Positions 24,290 to 37,264 of a stretch of DNA of 64,000 bases are shown one piece after another (positions within the stretch are counted from its first letter, which is position 1; each line of letters begins with the position of its first letter). The DNA is from Octopus sinensis (Eukaryota): positions 3,846-67,845 of the forward strand of contig NW_021833800.1 in assembly GCF_006345805.1 (NCBI RefSeq). The letters run 5' to 3'. The notes beneath the pieces were generated by a model. It was not told the DNA's origin and did no database searches. It worked only from the letters and a program-made list of their open reading frames with translations. The position numbers were made by a program, and so were the translations under genes.

Positions 24290-24847
24290 AAATGCCCTGA
24301 TGCAGTACCAGGCAGTGGCTCTCATGGCTTCTGACCTTAAATGATTGGAAGTGTTATCATGTACATTGTTTTGTCTTGGTATAAAAGATGGGCTACAGCA
24401 AATATTCTGCTCAATACCACATATTTGCTTGTCAGTTGTTTGACCTTAACCAGTTGAGCATGTCCCTTAGTGGCTGACGATATGTGCATCTCTGATCACG
24501 AGCAGAAGTAGTGGGGGAGCATCATAGCCATGTGTTGAGAGGGATTCTTGGGGTTTGAATAGTTCACCTCTGGAAACATGGGTGGTTCTTTCAACATCCT
24601 TAAACAACCCTTATTCAGGGACCGTTTGAGCGGGATGGGCTACTCAACCTGAAGAAAATTCTAACTGGGCCCCACCTGCAGGTCATGTGCTGTTTATCTT
24701 GATATGAGATCACCATGTCGCGCACATATGGTTGTGATGCATGTGCCTGGTGTACCTTTATCAGACGGGTAGTCATGATGGGTATATTGGGCTTCGTATA
24801 TTTTACCCCAGTGTCACTTTGATGGCATGAACTGCTCTCTCACTCAA
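24290..24847 (+). mobile_element. ~560-bp non-coding element embedded in (AAT)n (orientation inferred)
   Basis: Unique-looking block flanked by (AAT)n on both sides. Its 3' 170 bp recurs at 21383. Confidence 0.7.
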
Positions 24848-24849
24848 TG

Positions 24850-24902
<53 letters not shown>

Positions 24903-25180
24903 TAACATCCATCCTCTTGGAGAAAACATACAGATTTATGGAACAGAGCGACATTATCCCCACTGAACCAAAAGGGTGCCGGCGAGGCTCATATGGATGC
25001 AAAGACCAACTCTTAATCAATCGCATGATCTTTGATAACTGTCATAAACGCAGAAATCTCAGTTCCGCATGAATTGATTATAAAAAGGCCTTTGACAACA
25101 TACCGCATTCATGGATCTTGAAATCGTTGGATGTTTTCAAAATTTCTCCTGTGGTTTCAAACTTCCTGAAGCACAGCATG
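24903..25180 (+). mobile_element. R4/Dong-type LINE RT fragment
   Basis: EQKG(C)RRGSYGCKDQLLI..A*IDYKKAFDNIPHSWI. Near-identical to the reverse complement of ~46015-46290. Confidence 0.85.
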
Positions 25181-25339
25181 ACCCCGAAAGGATGAAAGGC
25201 GAAGTCAACCTCGGCGGAATTTGAACTCAGAACGTAACGGCAGACGAAATACGGCTACGCATTTCGCCCGGCGTGCTAACGTTTCTACCAGCTCGCCACC
25301 TTCTATATATAGATATATAGCCACACACACGTACATCTT

Positions 25340-25720
25340 CTTGTTTCATCTTCTACTTGTTTCGGTCGCTGGACTGCGGCCATGCTTGAGCAATGCCTTC
25401 AAAGGTTTTAGTCGAACAAATCGACTGTAGCACTTATATTTTTTTTAAGTGTTGCACTTATTCTATCGGCCTCTGTTTTGACGAATTGCTAGTCTATGGG
25501 GACGTAAACACACCAACACCGGTCGTAAAGCGGTGGTGGGGGACAAGCATAGACACAATGACATACACACACATATATAGATACACGCACACACACACAA
25601 ACACATACATACGACGGGCTTCTTTCAGTTTCCCTCTACCAAATCCACTCACAAGGCCTTGGTCGACCCTAGGCTTTAGTAGAAGACACTTGCCCAAGGT
25701 GCCACGCACGTCGTGGAGGA
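25340..25720 (-). mobile_element. SINE family A (degenerate)
   Basis: GGACTGCGGCCATGCT...AGAAGACACTTGCCCAAGGTGCCAC. Confidence 0.8.
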
Positions 25721-26094
25721 GAAAACCTCTTACCATATACCCATGCCTGCATCAAGTAAACGTCTTACCACGCATATAAGACTTTCAAAACTTTCTGTCT
25801 AAGTGTTGCAAACGTTTCGCATCTGTTCGATCTAATTGCATCATCATGGCGTGTATCGACAGAGCAGCTCTTTCTGACCTATTCTCACTCAGCCCTTCTG
25901 TGCTCCAATCTTTCCTTCGAAAATCCCGTCTCTCTCTTGGATCTCTTCTCCGTTCATGTCGTTCTTACAGGTTTTCGCTCGCAACAGTTTAAACGAAACA
26001 TTAGCAGCATCAAATTCGCAGTGTTTGCATAGTCAAAAGCACAAAAATGCAAAGAAGACTTTCCACTACGGTGTTAGCCTAATTTATGACTATA

Positions 26095-26310
26095 TATATA
26101 AATGTGACATCGTGTGTACCGTTGGCGATTTTTTCCCCTCTGTCTTCCCTTTTCTGGATCTTTCCTTCTCCTATGTTTCCGACGAAGAGCTTCGCTCGAA
26201 ACGTTAAACCCTCCTTCTTTCCTTCTTTCCTGAGCGTCCAATAATACTATATTTGTTCCACGTCCTCGCGTTGTTGTGTTTTTTTGTGCTTTCTTGTTTG
26301 GATTAACTTT
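26095..26310 (+). mobile_element. ~210-bp (TA)n-flanked element with a hammerhead-like motif (PLE pLTR-like)
   Basis: GTTT-CCGACGA-A-GAGC ttc GCTC-GAA-ACGT-T-AAAC at 26175-26209. Similar to 57432-57630 on the minus strand. Confidence 0.65.
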
Positions 26311-26326
26311 ATATATATATATATAT

Positions 26327-26381
<55 letters not shown>

Positions 26382-26914
26382 ATATTTATTTATTTATTTA
26401 TATATCATCTGATCTATGCTATTGATTGGTGAAGGAATCCGAGGACAGTTTCTTTCTGAGAAGCGGTAAACAGACTGTTAAACGAGACTTTCCCCTTTTT
26501 CCCATATCAATAGCATAGCAGACAATGACAATGTATCTACTTTCTTATTTAACCCAAAGTGAGGCTTTGTAATGTTTAAATTAGTACCTCTTTTTTCTTT
26601 TGATTTACGCTGTTTTTGGAACAATAGATATTGTTGACCCCCCACACACACACAAATACGCGCGTACACACGAAATATCTTATGTGCGTTTAAGTTTCTG
26701 TACCTACATATACATGCAAATGAACCCTCCTGTTCCCCAGAAATACAATGTAAAAATATAATCTGATACGTGCGTATTCTACATACTTGTAAATCCCAAC
26801 GAGGTGTGTGTGTGTGTGTGTGTCTGTCCGCGTACATCAGTGTGTGCGTGTGCGTCAGCGTGTGTGTGCGTGTGTGTCTGTAGAAAGAGGGAGAGACAGA
26901 GATCTGCATAGATA

Positions 26915-27424
26915 TGTTTCTTTATTAGCCACACAGGGCTGCACACAGACAGAACAAATTACAAGGTAGAGCTTTTCTTTTGGGGGTAAAAAAAGGGGGT
27001 TGGTTTTCGATCAAAAGGGATCGTAAAAGGAAAGAAAGAGGACAAAAAAGGGGAGGATTTAAAAAAAAAGGTGGGGGAGAGGGAAAAAAAAGAAAAGGGG
27101 AGAGGAAAAAAAAGTTGATCAATAGGGATCGTAATCACAGTAATGTCAATATGAAGTGTAAAGGGGAGGACAGGTGAGGTTTACCCGTGGAAGGAAAGCC
27201 TACGGAAAAGACCACGGTAACCTCGGTCAATGAAGTCACATGTTATACTTCTTTTTTTTTTTGCAAATAAGCAACTCTCTGTATTAATTTTTACGGTTCA
27301 TAGAATCATAGTCAAAGTGGCTTCGTCATTCATACGTGCCATCCTTGCTACATTCACCCATCTTTTTTTAAAACATTCACTAGACAAAACTTGCCTCTCT
27401 ACTCTCACTTTCCTCTTCAAGTGA
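26915..27424 (-). mobile_element. 5'-truncated 3' fragment of the Tx1-like LINE
   Basis: Diverged copy of 27455-27965, flanked by TCTGCATAGATA at 26903-26914 and 27433-27444. Confidence 0.88.
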
Positions 27425-27454
27425 TACTATCTTCTGCATAGATAGATAGATAGA

Positions 27455-30400
27455 TATGTTTCTTTATTAGCCACACAGGGCTGCACACAGATAGAACAAA
27501 TTACAAGGTAGAGCTTTTCTTTTGAAGGTTTAAAAAAAAAAAAAAAAAAAAAGGAAGGGGGAGTTTCGATCAAAAGGGATCGTAAAAGGAGAGAAAGAGG
27601 ACAAAAAAGGGGGGTTAAAAAAAAGGGGGGAGAGGAAAAGAAAAAAATTGATCAATAGGGATCGTTATCACAGAATGTCAATATGAAGTGTAAAGGGGAG
27701 GACAGGTGAGGTTTACCCGTGGAAAGAAAAGCCTACGGAAAAGACCACGGTAACCTCGGTCAATGAAGTCACATTTTATATTCTTTTTTTTTCTTTTTTT
27801 TTTTTGCAAATAAGCAACTCTCTGTTTTCGATTTCTGGGTTCATAGGACTATGCTCAAGGTGGCTTCGTCATTCATACGTGCCATTTTGCTACATTCACC
27901 CATCTTTTTTTAAAACATTCGCTAGACAAAACTTGCCTCTCTACTCTCACTTTCCTTTTCAAGTGGTACTTGAAGAAGTTGATGAGAGATTGACCAGAGA
28001 GGAAATGTTTGTCTCTAATCCTTTCAGGCGCGTCCACCAGATACATTCTTTCGCCATAGCCACAAGGATGATGAAAATAGCTCTTCCTTCCCGTTTGAAG
28101 GAAGGAGGCGTGACAATATTGACGATAGACTCAGCTGATAAACCGACTCGTCCCACACGTGACAGCAGTTGTTCGACATAAGCCCACAGGTCGGAAATTG
28201 TTGGACACTGAACGAGTGCGTGCAGAACGGTTTCGTCGCTCTGACCGCATCTCGGGCAGGTCGGCCCCGTGTTTCTCGAGCCGTGTCTGTAGAGCTTATC
28301 CCGAACGGGTAGCGCTTCTCGGTAGCACTGCCAGGCCAGGGATCTCTGGAAGTTGTCCATGGGCCCTGGCCCGAAAGTCGTCCTGAACAGGCGGGTCAGG
28401 TACTCCTCGTCGACGTCCAGGTTCGCCCCGAGCTCGTCGTCGTACCTCCCCTCCACTAAACCCCTATAGAATGCTTTGGTGGTGTGTTGAAGTCACTTAA
28501 GGTCGACCCAGGACGGCAGAGTTGCTTGAGAGCAACGCGACACTCGCGGTGCCATTCGCCCTTCCTCGGCCTCTTTTTGATCCACGACTGCAGTTCGGTC
28601 ATGGAGACGAGCTGCGGGAAAGCGTGCCTCACAAACAGCGACCACACCTGTTCACCGTCGTCTACATAGAGCCAGAGATGTCGCAGTCTCAGCGCGTGTT
28701 GCGCATCATCAACCACGGCATGCCCAGCCCTCCTTTTAACGGGTGTTGACAGCAAATGGATCGCCTGACCATCGGACGCATCCTTTCCACAAGAAGCGAA
28801 AGAGGATGCGTTGTAGTTTGGTGATGGTAGGGTCGGGACAAGGTACGACGGTCAGGCGGTAGTAGTAGATGACGGACGCGATGTACGTTTTCGCCACCTC
28901 CGCTCGACCTTTTAGGGACAGTTTCCTCTCGGCCCATTGCCGGGCGAGAGTAACCACCCTACTCGTTATCTCGTTCCAGTTCTTCTCCACTTGGAGGTCC
29001 GGACCAAACCAGACCCCGAGCAACTCAACCGGGCCGTCGGTCCAGCGTCCCACGACGGAGGCGCTGGTGGACGGCATGGGCTTGCTTCTCCAGGTGCCTA
29101 GTCGCAAGCCCACTGACTTTTCCCGGTTGATTTTCGCTCCTGTCACCGCTTCGTAGTTTTTCAGTGTCTCGCCGACCAGCTCGATGTGCTCGTGGTTAGA
29201 CACTATGACGGTGACGTCGTCCGCGTATGCAGACACGCTCGTCCCGCATCCCAATTCTCGCGGGATGCCCCTTAGAGTCGCCAGCTTCCGCAGTAGTGGC
29301 TCAAGAGTCAATACGTATAGAAGCGCCGAGAGGGGGCATCCCTGACGGACCGAACGTGCAATGTCGAAAGGTCTCGATAGATGTCCATTTACGCGAATTA
29401 CCGAACGGATGCCTCTGTACAAGGCAGCTATCCAGCCGCGGAAGACGGGACCGAAACCAGCCGCTCTCAGGACTGCCTCCAAGTATCGATGGTCTACCCT
29501 ATCAAAGGCTTTCGATTGATCCAAGTTGATCAGGGCCCCACCCATGCCAGGTTCGTTAACTACCCTGTCTATGATGTAGCGCATCAGATGGAGGTTGTCA
29601 TGGATGGTCCGGCCTGGCACGGCGCATGTTTGCGCCTTGTCGACCAGTTTCTCGATGACAAGCGCCAACCTCTTGGCTAGCACCTTGGCCAAAATTTTCA
29701 AGTCTGCATTAAGCAGAGTGATTGGCCTAAAGTTATCTATAATGTTTCCCTTGTTGAGATCTTTCTTCAGCAGTGTTACAGCTCCTCGGCTCAAAAAACC
29801 GGGTATGCTCCCGTTTTGCTGCCAGTTGCAGTATACCGCCGCCAAGACGTCTCCAAACAAGTCTGGCATACAATAGTAAAATTCGTAGGGTAGGGTAGAC
29901 CATCCAAACCCGGTGATTTGTCCCTCGAGCATTCTGCCATCGCTTCCCGCACTTCCGCCGCCGTGATGGCACCTTCGCAGCACCCTGCCTTTCTTGTCGA
30001 GAGTCGTGGTAGGCTATGTAGGTAGGCACTGAAGTCCACCCTACGTTCTTGCCCTCCACTCGTTCCGAACAGTCGGGCAAAATGCTGCTGAAAGGCCTCA
30101 CACATTTTACTTGGCTCGAGCAATTCGCGCCCCTGTTCATCTACCAGTGACCGAATGGTGACGTTGTTGCCCTGTTGCGCCTCTTCCACCCGGGCCTCTC
30201 TCGCGGCTCCAACACCTTCGTTCCTTAGAGCACGCATCCTAGCTCTGACAGCACATCCTTCGTGTTTGGCGTTGAAGTGTTGGTCGAGGGCCAACCTCGC
30301 CGCCAAAACGTCGGATGCGATGCCGCTTCTAATTGCCTCTTCTAGCTTCTTAACTAGCTCACCTCTACTCTATTTCTATCTATGGCTAGTGCTTTGCTGT

Positions 30401-33400
30401 ACCCAATTGCTTCTGCTTTTACTGCTCTCTTGAGGGCAAATACCATTTGTTGTTGATGATGGCTCCCGTCAAAGCCCTCTTTACTAATGTGCTAATCCGG
30501 TCTCTGAAAACTTGTCTCGATGGAAAGACGCGTTTAGTTTCCAGTATCCGGGACCCTGCCTAAGTGTCTTAACTAAGTCTAGCGTACATGTCACAAGTTT
30601 GTGATCCGTGTAGCTGACTATGTGGAATTGTGGACATCCTATGCTATCTCTATCTACTGTCCTACACAGTATCCTATCTAGATACGATCTCGACGACCGA
30701 TGCGGTTGCTCCATGTCCACGTTGGCGCATTCGGGTGGTCTAGTCGGAACCTGTCAGACAGTTGAAAGCGTCTGAGCAGGTCTCTGAGGCATTTGCATCC
30801 CCGTCTATTCCTATCTCTACCCACGTAGTCTACATGCGTGTCCAAGGTAGCATTCCAATCCCCCACTAAGAGTAAAGGACGAGACGTTCCCAAGAAAACT
30901 TCTAGACGTTGAAAGAAATCCGCCGACCTGTTAAGGGCGGTGCGTAAACTGATACGAGTCGAAAAGCGCACCCATTGCTGCCGTCGAGATCCAGACGACC
31001 AGTCTACCCTCCGGGTCTACGAATATTGTCCTTACTTTGAGATCCAGACTCTTGTGAAAAAGTACCGCGGTGCCACTACCGCCCATTCTCGGCAGACAGG
31101 GGGGAAAATAAATGTTGAACTGTCCGCCAAACATGGTCTTTAGGGCTCGCGGATTGTGGAGTCTGGTCTCGCTTATGGCTATGATTTCTAACTTATGTGA
31201 CTTTATGTCATTTAAGAGGTACCCTTGTTTCCAAGGGGGCCCCAAGCCACGTGCATTTACACAACCAATCTTGATCATAGTTCTAATGAATTAGAATACA
31301 GAGGGTTACTTACTGCTCGAAAGTTTTTGCTTTCTCCTCGAGAAGATCCCAGTACAGTTTCTTTGTGAGATATTTTTGGCATTTACCAACCGCACTGGGG
31401 AAAATGCCTTTGAGTGTGTGGTGCAGACTTTTGGAGATGTGTAATATTTGGATGTGTCTGTGTGGTGTTGTGTATGGGTGATTGTTTGTTTTTATGTCAT
31501 CTTCTGTATGTTTGTTTTTGATTGGATGTATTCCATCAAATTTGTGTTTTTGGTGTCTATGGCTGTGAGCATGTTTGCTGTATATGTTTTGTGGTGTTGG
31601 TGTGGCTGTTGTTTGCGTTGGGTTTTGAAATGTCTTCGGGAGATGTATTTCCCCCTGCTTTGTTCGTGTTTGCATTTGGTTTGGTTGTGTTTCTGCTCTT
31701 TATTTTCCTCTTTTTTGTAGCTATTTGCCATTCCTCACTGGTTTCGTCTTCCGACGAAATTTCTGAGGAATCAGAAGGGGGTAGGGGTATGTTGTGGGCT
31801 TCTATGTATGTCTGTGTAAGTGGTTGTGTTGTTGTTTTCGTTGTTGTGGTTGTTGAGTGTTTGTGTGTGTTGAGTGCGGTATATAGGGATGGGGGATCAG
31901 TTGTGTGTTGTTTCTTGGTTTTTCTGTTCCTTTGGGTTTTGCTGTTGTTGGTGGTGTTGGTATTTTTTCAGGTGTTGAGTGGTTTTTGGTTGATGACGGA
32001 TTAGCTTGGTGTGCTTCTCTTGTCGTCTTCTGTGTTGATGGTGGTGTGGGTAGTAGAGCTTTTTTTCCGGAGTGCTTTGGGTTGTGGTAGTGGTTGTTGT
32101 TGTTGCTCTTGGTGTGCAGTGGTGGGCACGTCTTTTTCAAGTGTGTTTCGCTTCCACACAAATAGCAGCGGGTCGCCTGCCCTCTACCACTATATAGAGT
32201 TTGTAGCCTCCTGGCAGTTCTATAGCGGTGGGTATCTTCTCTCTTGCTGCTTCATCCAATTGAAGCAGGAATTCGATTGATTTGCCCACATAGTCTTTCT
32301 CTCCTAGAACCGCGATTTCCAGGATGTTTGTCTCTGACATTGTCTCTGACATTTCAAAGCAGATGGCAGAGACAACCATTGTGTTTCGACATCAAATGGT
32401 ATGTTTTTTATTTGGACTTTCGTGACCCTTTTGTTTAAATAGACTGGTATCATTACCAAGTCGTCCGAATGCAGCTCCAATGTGGAAAAACGTTTTGCTA
32501 AACTTTCGTTGAGGAAACGTACTTGGACTGTACCAAATTTGTTTCCCCAACTGATATATTCCTTGGAGTCCCATGCAGGACGAAGGCATTTTTCGATTTT
32601 TTCCTGCGGTGCATTTTCTGTTCTTCTTGTTTTTTTTGTTTATTACTTTATAAATTATTGTTTTTTTTGGTTGTTTTCCACGATGTGTTGTGGAATGTGA
32701 AGGTGCAATTTGTCTCCTTCTTTGGAGAAGAGTGCCTTTGTGCGGTTTATCTCTGTGTGGTGAATGTTACAATTGTTCTTTTTTTTTTGTTACGTCCGCA
32801 AAACATCGTTTTGAATTTGGCAGTAGAAGTGTAATTGTGGCAGTGTTAATTGAAGTCATGGTAGGTAGTGGTGTTGGTGTTGGCGGTATTAGCAGCAGAA
32901 GGCTTGGATGTAGCATTTGACGTCGTAGTAGTGGTGTTGGTGTTGGCGGTGTTGTGTCTTTGGTAGGCGGCTTTGTGCCAATTCGTTGTTGTTGTTGGTG
33001 GTGATGGTGGTGGTGCTGGCATTCAATGTTTTCGTTTGTATTCATTTTTGAAATCCCTTCTCTGTCCCTTTATCATCAACAAGTGGTGTGGGGAGTGAGG
33101 GGAAATCTAAGTTAATGTCTTTGGTCGCGGCGATGGTGAATGCGACGTTAGATTTGTTGTTGTTGTTGTTGGTGGTGGTGATGGTGGGTGACAGCGGTGT
33201 TCACGCTGCGATGTGTTAGCAGCTAGTGGTAGCAATAGTGTTTTGCTACCGTTCTGCATGACTGGCGGGCTAGCCACGTGGTTTCTAGTTGCCATTTTCA
33301 AAATGAAAAATGGCTAAAAAACCCACGAAAGTTTTGAAAGTTTTTTTGTAATTTCGCCCATACAGGGGCGGAATTCTACGTGAATAATTCTCAGGTTTTT

Positions 33401-33522
33401 TAGTGACTGAACTTGCACAACGATTAAAACAAAATATTTGACAACAAGGAGTTTTAAACATGTAAAAGTGGCCAACTTACGTGGAGCCGATATGACTAGC
33501 GTCCGTCCATTGTGAGATTCCA
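27455..33522 (-). mobile_element. Full-length Tx1/L1-clade non-LTR retrotransposon, frameshifted
   Basis: ORF1 has a CCHC knuckle (RCYLCGSETHLKKTCP, ~32130-32180). ORF2 has APE (MIKIGCVNARGL..AISETRL, from 31278), RT (LDQSKAFDRVDH, VRQGCPLS, AYADDVTV) and a C-terminal CPRCGQSDETVLHALVQC. AATAAA precedes a (TATC)n tail. Confidence 0.93.
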
Positions 33523-33524
33523 GA

Positions 33525-33529
33525 GATAG

Positions 33530-33586
<57 letters not shown>

Positions 33587-33933
33587 CATACATACATACA
33601 TACATACATACATACATACATACATACATACATACATACATACATACATACATGGATAGATAGATAGCTACTACTACTACATACATAATACATACATACC
33701 TGGATAGGAGATAGATAGATAGATAGATATAGATAGATACATACATACATAAAAAATACATACATGGATAGATGAGAGATAGATAAGATAGATAGATAAA
33801 TAGATATGATAGATAGATAGATAGATAGGTAGTAGGTATGTTGGTAGGTACGTAGGTAGGTACATAGGTAGGTAGGTAGATAGGTAGATAGATAAATAGA
33901 CAGAGACAGACAGACAGACAAACAAACAGGTAA

Positions 33934-33969
<36 letters not shown>

Positions 33970-34009
33970 GATAGATAGATAGATACATACATACATACAT
34001 ACATACATG

Positions 34010-34054
<45 letters not shown>

Positions 34055-34322
34055 GTAGGTAAGTAGGTAGGTAGGTAGGTAGGTAGGTAGATAGATAGAT
34101 AAATAGACAGAGACAGATAGACAGACAAACAAACAGGTAAATAGATAGATAGATTGAAGGATAGATAGATAGATAGATACATAATACATACATACATACA
34201 TACATACATACATACATACATACATACATACATACATGGATAGACACATATGTTTCTTTATTAGCCACGCAGGGCTGCACACAGACAGGACAAAATTACA
34301 AGGTAGAGCTTTTCTTTTGGGG

Positions 34323-34413
<91 letters not shown>

Positions 34414-34414
34414 G

Positions 34415-34482
<68 letters not shown>

Positions 34483-34485
34483 CAT
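33525..34485. repeat. (GATA)n/(CATA)n/(GGTA)n compound array with an internal ~205-bp duplication
   Basis: AATAGACAGAGACAG..CAAACAAACAGGTAAATAG occurs at ~33895 and ~34100. Confidence 0.93.
34248..34322 (-). mobile_element. 75-bp extreme 3' tip of the Tx1-like LINE inside the (GATA)n array
   Basis: ATATGTTTCTTTATTAGCCACGCAGGGCTGCACACAG..GGTAGAGCTTTTCTTTTGGGG matches 26912-26990 and 27454-27525. Confidence 0.9.
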
Positions 34486-35073
34486 ACAGACAGAGAGTCA
34501 GGTAGGTAGATGGGATGTATTTAGAGGCATATAGTGCATCAGTTAATTGAAACCAATATTCTCGACTTCCGATGACTTCGTATCTTAGTACTTTCTTCGG
34601 TAAATATCCAATGAGATCTCATAAATTCGTGTGCCACATGAAAGATTTGACTTAACTAAAATAGTATTTTGTATTGCAGAAACATGTACGAGCTTTCATT
34701 CGGCGTCTGACAGTGCAGGGAGAAGAGGAGAGAATGAGAGAATGAGAGATGGAATGAGAGAGAGAGTTTTATGATCACAACAGCTCTGATCCGCCCAAAC
34801 ACTACATCGGAAATTAGTTTTTGATAATGCCATCATCCTGTATCAGATCAAAGACCGTAGCCTTTGGAGAAATGGGAAAATAGTAGAAGCCACAGTTGTG
34901 AATTTGTAATTTCCCGCCCAACCAACAAACAAGATACTGGAAGAGAACGTCGTCTCCAGCTTCACAGCTCATACACACTGATGCTTATAGACACATGCAT
35001 ATATTCATACATATATACATACATACATACATACATACACACAACACACAGATATATATATATATATATATAC

Positions 35074-35129
<56 letters not shown>

Positions 35130-35138
35130 CATATATAC

Positions 35139-35171
<33 letters not shown>

Positions 35172-35318
35172 CATACGTGTATACATATGAGTATAGTGTG
35201 TGTGTGTGGTTATATGTGTGATTCGTGTGTTATGTGTGTGATACTGTTGTGTATGTGTGAGTGTGAAACGTGTGTATTTGTATATGTGTATATACCTATA
35301 TATAGTATATTATTTCTG

Positions 35319-35352
<34 letters not shown>

Positions 35353-35754
35353 GTATATATGTTATATATATATATATATTATATATATATATATATATAA
35401 TATGTGTGTGTGTGTGTGGTGTGGGGGTGGGGTGTGTGGTGTGGTGTGTGTGTGCCGTGGCGATGATTATGATGCTGCACTCATGATCGGGAGATCGTGG
35501 TTCCAATTCCTGTTGCATTCTTGAACAAACCACTTCATCTCAATCTGCGATCACTTCAACACTTGACATGGTGCTACATCGTGTACCTGGATTTGATGGA
35601 GGGAGTGAGCTAATGTACATTACAAACATTTGACCATTATGAACTAATCATATGTGTTGGTTGTGTTAAAACACGTTAACGTCTCAAAATAATTTTTTAT
35701 TAATCGACTTATTATCTTTCTAGTAATAGTACGATTTATAGAAATAGACCGAAG

Positions 35755-36440
35755 AATAGATCTAGGAAAATAATTCGGTTCGCCCAACCCTTTTCCCTAA
35801 ATGTTAAAACGAACATAGGCAAAAGATTCGTGTTTCTTTTAGATAAGCATTTCTCAAAAAAATCACAATTACAGAATGGTCTTTAACAGACGCTCAATTA
35901 TGCCCCGATATGAAGAACATCACCAGCACCACCAACAGCCCACTCCCAGCTGTAACTGACGAGACCCTAGAGCTTGTCCACTTGACCAGAGGTGCATGAT
36001 AAACTCCGCCTTGTATGAGGCAAAAGTTACAGCTGTATAATAACCTAACCGAGAAGAAGAATTACATCGGGCTATGTGAAGGCGATTTCAAAAGTCGCTA
36101 TGCTAACCACCTGTCTTCTTTCCGGCACATGAACAAAAGTAAAACAACTAAGTTCGCTAACCATGTATAGGGTTTGAACCCCACACCTAATATAATCAAG
36201 CGGAAAATCGTAGGAAAATCCTTGCATGTGTTAATGGATAAAGCAAAAATGTAAGTTATGCGTAGCCGAAAGATAACATATCATTTTTAGTTCTAAGAAT
36301 TTCACCTCACTGCTGAATACCTGATCAGAAATGTTCAGCAAATGCAAACATTTGGACAAATTTCTTTTGGCGATTCGTAAAATACCATCCTCTCCGGATT
36401 GAGCAGCTGTATCGTAGACATTAGACCCCTTCCGTTGATT
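35755..36440 (+). mobile_element. Penelope-like element 3' fragment: RT C-terminus + GIY-YIG endonuclease (degenerate)
   Basis: NVKTNIGKRF..DKHF; CN*R..CPLDQRC; YIGLCEGDFKSRYANHLSSF; CKLCVAE; LLN..SEMFSKCKH..KFLL. Confidence 0.88.
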
Positions 36441-36802
36441 CCACGGCTCTACGTTTAAAGGGGACATAACTGTAATTCTTTTTCCTTTATTTTCCCTTTC
36501 CGTTTTTCTTCACCATTCTACCTTTTGAACACACCATCTTGTTTTGTTTTTTCTTGTTTTTTCTTTTGTTCCATTTTCCCAATCTTTGACTTGTATAGGC
36601 CTTGTGTTCAGAGCCTAAAGATTACTTGGAGACATTTGGCGAGTTTTAAAACCTGGAAATATAAGATCCTCAGTGTATCAAACTATTAGTAGTCCATAAC
36701 TATACGCTGTGTACAGTAAAAAGTATTTATCTATCACCAGATGGAGTGCTTTTTTAACCATATCTTCACGGTAGAGTACACTATAATGTATATGCATATA
36801 TG

Positions 36803-36842
<40 letters not shown>

Positions 36843-37016
36843 CAATAATAATAAAAGGGTAAAATTAATTAACTAATTAATAATTGATAATTTTACCAAG
36901 TAGTTCGGTACGATAAAATAACCTTTTTAGGTAAAATTATACAAATATTCTATAATTATAATCAGGGGTCAGCTAATTGCTTCGACAGACATCGAATTTT
37001 GAAATAGGGGTTAAAA

Positions 37017-37242
37017 TACCTTTTCCGCTACCATAAATGTCTCCCAGACAGTAATACACTTTCTTTACGTAGGCAAAGAGAAAAAATAACGAATCCACAC
37101 GACTCAGATTAGCAACATACGCATTTCGGGATTAAAGTAAAGTTATATTTACTTACTTATTTCTCATCTTCCGTGCAGGATTTCAAATATAAATTTCAGA
37201 GTGTTAGGATTAAAGATATTTATGGTGGCGGAAAAGAGTTAA
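37017..37242. mobile_element. MITE with ~26-bp TIRs, possibly piggyBac-type
   Basis: TTTTCCGCTACCATAAATGTCT versus AGATATTTATGGTGGCGGAAAA. The right end finishes in TTAA. Confidence 0.5.
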
Positions 37243-37264
37243 CAACTGCTCTTCTCTCCTTTCT

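Noticed and set aside
25808-25849. Minus-strand ATGATGA-TGCA..TGC-GAAACGTT hammerhead-like motif
   Set aside because: C3 is missing and stem I is poor.
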